A stretch of 60,731 bases of DNA, the filler included, from Basidiobolus ranarum (lineage: Eukaryota): NCBI GenBank assembly GCA_040143965.1. It is 7 parts of 7 records of this genome, joined end to end, with 100 filler letters (N's around TTAATTAATTAA, not from the genome) between each part and the next. Parts side by side here need not be neighbours in the genome. Positions count along the whole stretch, not along the records: positions 43,492 to 52,073 come from JASJQH010007829.1; positions 52,174 to 60,731 come from JASJQH010007831.1; 5 more parts are not named here. One strand, written 5' to 3'. Below are positions 51,110 to 60,731 of the stretch, piece after piece (position 1 is the stretch's first letter; each line of letters begins with the position of its first letter). The position numbers and the translations under genes are program-made. The notes under the pieces are model-generated. The model was not told the DNA's origin. It did not search any database and saw only the letters and a program-made list of their open reading frames with translations.

Positions 51110-52073
51110 ATAGGCAATATGCTGTGCAATCAAAGATTCTGGTATGATCAACACTTGGTTTTGATCCATGTAGTGCTTCAAATGGTATAGAACATTGTAG
51201 CAATCCTGTTGGGCATTGGTTTTAAATATAGACTGCCATGGAGACAGAATCAGCCCAATATTCTTGATCTAGCTTCTAATTATGTACCAATGATCTTGGC
51301 AGCTCCACTATGCCCCTATTGGCAAGTTCCACAACTCCATTTTGAGCAGGAGTATAGGATTCAGTAGTTTGTTTCTTAAATAAACCTTTAGAACTAATAA
51401 AATCAAAGTTGTCAGATCAGTATTTTCCATCATTATCACTCCTTGTTAACCTTACTAACCTTACTTTGTGCACTGCTTCATTATTCACCACTGCTTGGTA
51501 AAGCTTGAATGTAGCTATGGCTTCAAATTTGGATCTGAGAAAGAATGTGCCAGTAAATCTTGATTTGACAACAATGGAGGAGATAAAGTTCCTTTTGCAA
51601 GCCAGTGAAACATTCTTTATGGGCCCACATAGGCCCAATTGAACCCAGATGAATTTTGGAGTGGATTTGATCTCTTCCAAACTTGAAAATGGCTCTCTGT
51701 GTTGTTTTCCATATATGAAAATGGCATACAGCTCAGATTTGGTCATATTTTCAATGTGTAAGCCTGAAACAAACTGTGTTTGGATCATTGATGTCACTTT
51801 TTATTCACCAAAGAGGGACAATATTCTATGCCATGTTTGAAAGCTTATTTTGTCTGTTGTGGCTAAGTTTGCATGCTTAAAATACAATTTGCATATTTTT
51901 AGCTTGCATAGGTTTTGAGTTTTGATCCTGGTGTCAAATTTGGTATCAGTCAAATTTGTGAAACTTGATCCAGCCTTGCTAAACACAAAATTTAGTCCTT
52001 GAATTGTTGCTTGGTTGACACAGAATAGATTGTTGGCTATATTTGATACATTGAGTACATCATCCAATTTTGC
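51110..52073 (-). mobile_element. Second copia fragment (pre-integrase and integrase core)
   Basis: DVLNVSNIANNLFCV, TWHRIL, LCGPIKNVSL, FFLRSKFEA, RSDNDGKY. Confidence 0.8.
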
Positions 52074-52173
52074 NNNNNNNNNNNNNNNNNNNNNNNNNNN
52101 NNNNNNNNNNNNNNNNNTTAATTAATTAANNNNNNNNNNNNNNNNNNNNNNNNNNNNNNNNNNNNNNNNNNNN
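52074..52173. other. Artificial contig linker
   Basis: N44-TTAATTAATTAA-N44. Confidence 0.98.
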
Positions 52174-54036
52174 GTCCTTCCAGGCAGTCTGGGGGATAGC
52201 CTTCGGAGGGGTGTAGCAACCAGGGGTGGCCCGTCCGGCTGTGGTTCGCCCCCCCCCAAGATCCTTGTGGTAGCAAGTTCTGCAATCCGTGAGTTAACCC
52301 TTCTTTTCACGGTGACGAGTCGAATCAGTGGAATCATCCATATTTCTTCAACTAATGGATGCAGTCCCTCCTTGTGATAAAACTAGATTTACTCTATTGC
52401 TATGACATCTATCCCCCCAGGAATCTTATGTACTTCCCCAACCCTACTCTAGTAACTGGCGAAGAAACCAGAGGTAGGTGGGTCCCAGAAGCAAATCCCT
52501 GAAGATTACCGGTGTTTTCTAGCTATCAAACCAGAAGATACCCATTGGATGTAAAAGAACGATAATTAATTGGGATGATTTAAGACAATCTATTTTGCTA
52601 GTGAGTGTTAATGATTATTTCATTCAAAGATAGGATTCATTCGGTGGGTGACATACATATCCATCATTTCTCATTTGAAATCAACGTGGCTTTAATGTTA
52701 CTCACGGGAAACAACAATGCTCGAAAGAGACCAGAATACATACGTAGGTTGCATGCTATGTGCTTGGTTTGTATCACAGCTTTGATCAACACCTACGTAT
52801 TATCCCATGTTTTAATTAATTTGGGTATTCTTTGATGCCATTACACCAAACTCATTTTAAGCAGTCTTTCTCATCACACCATCACTACATGGGAATCTCA
52901 TTATTCTCCGATCACTTGGCTTGTCAATGAGCAAGCAGCGGTCCTCATGTCTAAACCCTTAACCAACTTCCGATAATCTAAACAATCCAAGAGATCTCTC
53001 ATGGTACGAGGAGAGAGCTCACCAGTTGCGGAACAATAGAGTAACCTCTGGTTGACCTCAGAAAAACTGTTTTGCCCGCTCGAAACCAGAAATGAACATT
53101 TAGAGAGAAGGCTTTTCCCATGGAGATGAAAAAATCTTCACTATCGGCATGTTTTCATCGTCTTACGCTCTAACTGTATCAGGTAACTTGTTGAAACGGT
53201 CATGTTGGCACTGAGAAATGCCAAGGATTTCCGAACCAAATCTGGACCTATAGAGAGAATTCCACCAGTTGCAGATAATCTTGAAAGGTTTAGTCCATGG
53301 AATATCGTCATATCAAATTATGGATCAATGGATAAATTGTATGTGCGGATGGATTTCTGGCCTTCTCTTTATACTTCATTGGTGATTGAATGGTCAACAA
53401 TTCAGCTAAACCTCGTCTGGGAAGTCTCACCAGACCAGATTGACGCCATACTGATTCGTACCATCAGCGGCGTAAAAAGGGATTCCTCTGTTCTTTGTAC
53501 TTCGCTCAGTTAATTGTTTTATGGGAACCATTCAGGCCTTCGTATATGATCCCCCATACTCACTCTGTTGTCGGATAAATGTTTAAAACATCCGCATGTT
53601 CATGGATTCACCAGCTACTGGCGCCAAAGTCATGACAATTCGGCTGAAATTTCTAAAGAAGCTTCCGAACAGGTGGTCAGTTCATAGAAGAAAAAGTATA
53701 TATGAAATGTTTATAAAGATGATTCGACAAATAACAATTTACATGTGAAAGAATAAAATTGGTATTGATCACTAAAAAAATCTTGTCTGTTGGCACTGCG
53801 TATTAATAAAAGCTCTAGAAAAGAATGAAAATTGTAAGGTCGGAAGGGGGGCGGAGTGAGCTACTTCTATAATTGTCTATGAATTGATGATATGTCGTTT
53901 CCTCGATTAATAACTGTTGTAAAGAAAAAGGGTGTGGATATAGGAAATCGTTGATACAATGAATATAATGGAAATACAGAGAAATTACAGGATCCCTTCG
54001 AGTAAAGGTGAAAGAATTCACAGGTGTAAATGGTAT

Positions 54037-55120
54037 TTAGGATGAGTAGTGCATTGACGAGCAATAAACACATGGCTCATTGTTGTACTCTCGCCAATGG
54101 CAATCTTGTAGACCATCACAACTGATACCACCATGTGTTCTAGCCACAGTAGAAAGAAAATGCGCTCTTTCGATCAACAATTCGTCTCTACTGCTTTCCC
54201 AAGCCCGTATCGATTGTTCGTCAGAGAGGGGCTCTAATGCTTTGTGGCTCTCATGGTCTAAACAATAGCATGAGGATTCGTCAGTTTCATACAACGCAGA
54301 GTCCGAGTTGGATTTGTTCAACAAGCAATCATGTTGATACCAACGACATATATAGCACCGTCGTTCACGTTCGTCGTTTTGTGGATAGTGCGTACGATTG
54401 AGACGTTTCTGTATGTTTGAAAGATTGAAAGCCTCGAACTTATAACCACCTGTTGCGCAGCTACCTTCACCATCGATAATGATTGGAGAAAACTGCTCAG
54501 GGCAAACGCCGCCTTGTGAGGGTGTTAAGGTTTCTATTACTTGAAGGTCAAGCTGAAAAGTAGGAAGGGAGTGGACTCCTGGATCGAACTCATATCGAAG
54601 CTTTGTGTTTTGTTCGAAGACATTTCTCAACTTGTATACTCTTTCATCCTTTAATATCCTCATCGCAAATAGTTCCTCTTGGCCATGGATTGATAAGAGT
54701 GGCGTGGGGTCATGGGGGTGTGTGTGCTCTGAAGGAGAATATTGCATGAGTAATTGTAAAGGAAATACCCAAGTAAGAGTGTGACTGTTACTTACCAATA
54801 TACATTCCAGGAGCTACGGACTTGATCCAACCATCACATTCGTTGGGGAGTACCAGTTGGTATACAATGCTTGGGAAGTAGGAGGAGAGTAAAACTTCAA
54901 TCTCGGGGCAACTATCCAGATCCGATTTTTGAATGCAGGGGATTGATTGGTGATAGACATGAAAAGAGTACTCAGAGTCCTTCCAACCAAAGAGGTCCTG
55001 AAGCACGATATGAAGTTGGAGAAGTGAAAACGCTTCGGGAATCAACACTGTTCTCCAGGTATTTGGTTGTTGTGGAAGTGAGGCCCGGATAATATACAAT
55101 TTCTCGTTTAGATTGGTCAT
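54037..55120 (-). CDS. pRiA4b-ORF3-like (MM3350-like) domain protein with a Cys-rich C-terminus; exons 55120-54796, 54728-54037 (338 aa)
   Basis: YIIRASL...TWRTVLIPEAFSLLQLHIVLQDLFGWKDSEYSFH and KLRYEFDPG...IIDGEGSC match the recalled family pattern (WR...VP...L..LH..IQ...GW; Y.YDFGD; G...P). A 67-nt GTAAGT...CAG intron joins the two ORFs in frame. Confidence 0.7.
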
Positions 55121-55949
55121 GGGAAATACGGCAGTGTAGGAGATAACTAAAAGGGACTGGCAAGGTGAGTGGACGAAGGGACAAAAGGCTTCGTGCTATG
55201 ATGCAAAGGACAAGCGACTTTAGTTATGAATGCTTCACACCTATCTAAGGAAATCAACGTTTAAAGGAGTGATCAATCCGAATCAACAGATGGCAAATAA
55301 AGAAAAAGAAAGAGTTGATTTGGTGTCGAGTGAAAAGGGTTGGAATTTATACAAAAAGTGATCAGTGACTGGGAAAAGTATGGGGATCTCACTCGAATCG
55401 GCAGAATAAGGGGATGAAAAGGTGAATTTGGAGGGTAAGTAGGGGTCATGTTCAAGTTCCGCTTGTCAGGTAGGAAAATGTTCCTGCCTCAAAGGATCGG
55501 GAAAATTAAGTTTTCGTAGGATTTGTGATATGAAAGATTTTTTCACCAGAAACCAAATCTGGTTTCTTCAATGCATAAGAATCCCGATTTTGCCTAATCA
55601 ACTCATGATTATGAGATTGCATTTAATCTCTCGTAAGTTATTACTATGTTGAGTGGGCTGTTAGCTATAGAGAGCTAAAGCCCAATCAAAAGAATATGAA
55701 CCCATCCAAAGTAGCCTCTGGCCGGTTTTGTCCCAGTTTGCATTAAACCAGATCGGATTTCCTACTTTGGTCGGATGACCCGTTCTACACGGAACATAAT
55801 TCTTGATTTTACCACGCTATTCACTATTATTTCTATTGTTTCTGTCAAAAACCGGTTCATCCAGAAACTACACATCCCTAGAGACAGCCTTTACTTTTAT
55901 TGGTTTCGATTGCCTTCTTCATCTAAAGCCCTGAATGGTATGACTCACA

Positions 55950-58900
55950 TTTACATAACGCTTGCTTTTTTCAGTTTACTAGTCGATCGACCGGTATGAT
56001 TTCTGAAGAGCCATGGTTTAGCTTGGATGTAAGACCTGCGTTTCCATGTGTTATTGCCAGAACCCACCACTTGTACCACCACACGGTTGTTTAAGTTTGC
56101 TGACGATTTATGCGGAACAAATGGATTCCCCTGGAAGAACAGGGCATTGAGAGGCATGTATATAGCCATTTCTCGTTTCACTCTTTGAGTTTTTTCTTCG
56201 CCAACTGGAATGTATCATATCAAATATTGGTTTCTACTTGCACGCTCTGTTCATTCGCTGCTTGGCACGTAGTCCAAGGGGAACTCTTGAAAGTTTCAAG
56301 TCTTTCAAGAACTGTCCAACTAGAGAGATGCCTTGTTGCGATCTCGACTGAGAACACTGCTCTGTGAATGCCACAAATACTAGCAAGGCGACTCTTCACC
56401 AAGAAAGCTGGAATGCGGCATCATCAGACCATTGACCTTGGTTGTCTGGAACCGCGTTTTCATTTAATTGATCCCGTTCCAAAAATATCCTCTAACCATG
56501 AAGATCGGTATTTTTTGATGGAGAATGTTCAGCCAATCTGGAAATGAGGGTTCTTATGAGATGTCTACAAGCAAAACATCGCCTCACTCTATGTTGTAGG
56601 GATTGTGTGTATCACTTATGATATGGATCCCATTTGCTTGGGAGCATCATTGCTGCAAAAGTGTCCATATGACCGCACTGCCTGTCTCGGATCTAGTAGT
56701 GGATGCACTGAAAAATTGGATAATGTCTGCTTGAAATAGATGGCTAAATAACGGTGGCCAGTGTCTCGAACAGCGCAAAGAGGAATTCAAAGAGACCCAC
56801 ATCTAGCACTTATTTGGCCATTTTGCTGTTCTTCGCCGCAATCAGAGTAAGGAATAACCACACACTCTACATTATCCCATAAAGTGAAAAAAAGGAGAGC
56901 AAGCGCATGAATACCTGGCATCAGCAAATAGATTTGGCTGATACTGAGAAAACCCATCTACATTTGCAAGGTTCTTGAATGCACCGAAACAAGCTTTCAA
57001 ACTAATAGGAACCTACTAAAGCATATACAGGATGGAATAGGGGATTCTTTAACCATGACTTTGTATACATTCTGTGGTATATTGGCGGTTACGATATGGA
57101 ATCTGAATCCTGTATACTTGATTCGGACACAGAAAAAGACGTTTCTCGTTTAGAATCCTGAATACTAATTCATCGATATGTAGCGAAAGGGGAAATCAGT
57201 AATATTAATTTGGCCAATTCAAATCAGACGCAGGCAAGATCAATATCGCAGTCCCCATCAAAGATCTCTTGATTGTAGAGAAGCCTTCTAGCTGTTGTTG
57301 ATGATAGCAGATGTGCCAAAGTAAGGGTGTATCTGGTAACAGAATCTTGTTCCTTCATGCGCAGCCATATATTGTGTACACCAATGGAAGGCTAAGAGCA
57401 TCATGGTTTCCTTGTGCAGCCTTAAACGTGCAAATAAACACACTATTTACCAATGTTTTTAATTATTTATTTGTCACACAAGCGCTATCAAGTAAGCTGG
57501 TTCAGTGGGGTTTCGAGTTAATCAAAAATCCATCATTGTTTGGAACACTGAAAGGTGATCCTCCAAAGCAAACAGTGAAACGAATGGCATTGATGTTGAG
57601 AATGAGGGGAGGGAGAGGTCTGTTTGATGAAAGCCAAGATCGACTGCTGAATAAAATGAGACCTATTTGCACTCTGGCAAACTAGCCGCGATTTCTTCGG
57701 GTGATCATGATTGAGAACATCCCGCTGACATAATTTTCATCAAATAGAACCACAGCTTGCCAATTGTCTTTCCGGTTTAAGATCCCCTTTGTGGAAGCAC
57801 CTGTTTAAACCGATTTGAAGCCGGAGTTGAATAACTAATGCGTTTGGCTGCCATGAAGGCTCTCTCAAATTGTGTAGACAATTACTAGACTTGTCTGGTG
57901 TGAGTTGAATACATATAGGTCGCAGTACCTCGCATATGCCTATATCCCCTCTACTCCAGTAAGGCAATCCAGCCCTAGCTTTAATTGACAAGCATGTAAG
58001 TGTCACTGATGGTAATGTATGGATGTCTTTAAACGAAGATTCAGGTTTCTAGCTCCTTTCAGAAAGGGAATTCCATTCAAAATGCACCAAGCAAACCAGA
58101 TTTATTGCACTAGGTAGTAAAGGTGCATCTCTTATATCCATTCGTCGTTCCTACTCTTTCCTTGAATAATCCGGACGTAGCTAGGAAAATAAATCAGCTT
58201 CATTAAATGTGTGCAAAATATGCGAAATTTCATTCTGTGCTTCAAAAACCTGAAATTTGTCTGGAATCCACTTAAGCCTACTTGTTATTTGGTAATCATT
58301 TTTCCGAATTCCATCACTGACGACGACATTTTGGGATTTGTATTCAGATTTTTACTGAACCAGCTACTATTGAACCCAGTGGTGGAATTCCTGATGGATG
58401 GACTCTCTTTTACCCTAGGCAAGCCAGTCTGCGCCAGACACTGCAAGTTTAGTACAGCCCCAACCAGGTGAGAATAAGGATGCATCCTATCCCTTGCTAT
58501 CCGATGAGCGAGTCTGAAAGTGTAGCGATTGAAGGGAGCTCGAGCTGCGATAAGCCCGAACGACCTGGGTAAATAAGATATTACCCCAGGTCAGATGCTT
58601 TACTGATGATACTTGCATTAAATTCATGATCTACGGCACATTGTCATACAACTGATGTATCAATCTGAAGTCACGAATATGCAGCCAGAGCCCCGTCTGT
58701 AGCGAAATACTCATGAACCTCGGCTGTAAGAAACCATTGTATCCAGACATATCTTGTATTTGGAATGAGCCTCTAGCGAAATCTTAAACCAATTCATCTG
58801 AATCACTTGCACAACTTACTAATCGAAATACTGCTAAAAATGAAGAAACATTGGATTCCTGCTGGTTTCATCTTCAATCCAGATATCGATGCAGGGAATA

Positions 58901-59461
58901 ACGTGACAAATTGCATAGAAATTGTATAGAGCGATGCTCATCATCAGATTCGCTGATTTACTGATTAAATTAAATATTGGCGTTTCGGATTCAAAAAATA
59001 GCCAAATACAAGTTTGAAGTACCTGCTAGACCTTGCCGTGCCTTGGTGCCATATATTTCGGCCCCACAATTGTTTTAATTTGCTCAATGAAGTTCGAAGC
59101 AGTGTTTTCTTCCACACTGCGACCCCAAATATACAGCCATCATAATGCGCATTATCAGATTGAGGAAGGTTGTAAGGCTTATTAAAAGTCATCGAACAGG
59201 CTTTCAAGCCCATTATGACGTCAGATATTACCTATCAACGTTATGATGTAAATTGGCGGCGCTCTTGATGAGATTCTTTGTCAACAATATGAAATTCCGG
59301 AGCACCATTCCATTTGCCGTGCTCTGATGTCAAGCGCAACTCTCAGCTACCTTCCTTCCACATACGTGCTTATAAAGCCGTCTTCGCTCAAAAAGGGCGA
59401 GAACAGCAACATGAAGTTGAGGGAGTGTGATGGAGATGGATAGATCGAGCCTTGTCTCCAT
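55950..59461 (-). pseudogene. Probable degraded multi-exon host gene of unknown identity
   Basis: ATG at 59461 (METRLDLSISITLPQLHVAVLALFERRRLYKH...), intron-like GT..AG segments, and coding-like stretches interrupted by stops and frameshifts. CpG content is normal. Confidence 0.35.
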
Positions 59462-60094
59462 GTGTTTTGACAGGAGTTAGAAAGTAAATATTCGAAGTAC
59501 AGTTCCTAGATTCTTGGAACAGATTTGTTGCTTTAAAACTATCCTGGTTTTACCAGTATAGAGTTCTCGGTGATCCCCCTGGTGTTTATGATTTCTCCAA
59601 CTTATATATGTGGCGCACCTCTCCCTACTCAATCATACAGTTGCCTGATACAATTAGATGCCCGCCATATTCATGGTTGTATAGGATTGAGGTGGTAGCC
59701 TCAAACTGAAGTATATCAATTAAACATGGACCTTTTATACATCATAGTCTATCTTTCTGTTCAATCATAGGCTAGTGTATATTTAGAATACTCGGTTTTT
59801 TATGTCCCAAAAGATGGTTATTACACTGCGCTCTGATTCGTCCTATGTTTTCTTCTGAAGCATCAAGTTATCTTCTTTTGGGTTATGACTCCCTAGTAGA
59901 ATACGTCCACAAAGCTAACTTAACAGGCTGAAATTTTGCACCTTTGTAGTAACCCAGAATAATATATATTTGACTATTGTGAACGCTCAGTCTGTGTGTA
60001 GAGTCGCACTTTAACGATGTAGTGATATTTTCTTAACTTGAGACAGAAAAGCAACATTAGTAGTTCCAGGAAAATCCATACATAGCCTAATTAC

Positions 60095-60731
60095 TGTTGA
60101 AGTGAGCGTTGCCTAAACACCTACTTAGTATTATATATAGCTTAGTACCTAGTTACTATTAAAGTATTTGGGAGCCTGTTAGTAGAAATTGGTGGTTTTC
60201 ACTTATTGATTTATTGAGTAGAAAGTTAACATTTTTACTTTTTTAAAGACATAAACAAACTAGCACATATAATGCATTAAAAAAAGTCCTAGAAACATGT
60301 GTGCAAAGCTTGGGGCTTCTAGCACAAGTTTGAAAACCTATATATCTGAGCATTTCTAAGCAGGTAAAAATATTCCAAATAAATTCCAATTTAGAATAAT
60401 GGGTAATATCATAGTGAAATATAAGATTATTGAAATTAGCATTGCCTAAACACCTATATAGTCATATATAACTTAGTACTTAGTTATCTAATAGTTCACT
60501 AAGATATTATCAATTATTCTCAATTGGAATTTACTTAGAATATTGACACCAACTTAGAAGTTCTCAGATATATAGATTTTTCAAACTTGTGCTATAAGTC
60601 CCAAACTCTGCCCAAACTCTGCACACATGTTCCTGGGACCTTTCTTAACACATTTTACATGGTAGTTTGTTTATATCTTGACAAAACTATAAATGTTAAC
60701 TTTCTACTCAATAAATCAATGAGTGAAAACC
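60095..60731. repeat. Cluster of degenerate LTR-like copies in direct and inverted orientation
   Basis: ttgcctaaacaccta...cttagtac at 60109 and 60443 (direct). 60194-60352 is the approximate reverse complement of 60561-60731. CpG-poor. Confidence 0.7.

Noticed and set aside
52174-52500. GC-rich coding-like fragment at the contig start
   Set aside because: Stops in the frames examined and no recognisable family.
56000-56540. INPP4-like phosphatase identity for the decayed gene (AEHSPSKN)
   Set aside because: No CKSAKDRT catalytic motif; similarity too weak to call.

Overview
Eukaryotic, AT-rich DNA with short introns (mostly 60-80 nt, CTAAC/CTAAT branch points). Gene content suggests an early-diverging fungus (Zoopagomycota/Mucoromycota-like; inference). 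The window is not one locus. It is seven ~8.6-kb contigs in decreasing length order, joined by artificial 100-nt N44-TTAATTAATTAA-N44 linkers. Five contigs carry host genes: MGM101, TRAPPC12, a Kch1-type K+ transporter, SVP26/TEX261, a DUF1279/FAM210 protein, an F-box/PP2-like protein, SVF1, PRE4, DYN2, a GH85 ENGase, the 3' end of RPL34, TVP18, two tandem C2H2 zinc-finger genes, a GCN4/CpcA-like bZIP with uORFs, and a pRiA4b-ORF3-like protein. Two contigs (17.4-26.0 kb, 43.5-52.1 kb) are strongly CpG-depleted transposon graveyards with CACTA-type transposase and Ty1/copia relics. The most interesting item is at 34.2-34.7 kb on the minus strand: the intron-containing last exon of a Fanzor (eukaryotic TnpB-family RNA-guided nuclease), followed by a nested stem-loop region that is a candidate omegaRNA. 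Also notable are a TGA at a conserved Cys of RPL34, an MPPPPR uORF in the GCN4-like leader, and an intron-containing gene with a bacterial-type pRiA4b-ORF3 domain. All calls come from manual translation and motif recall; no database search was run.
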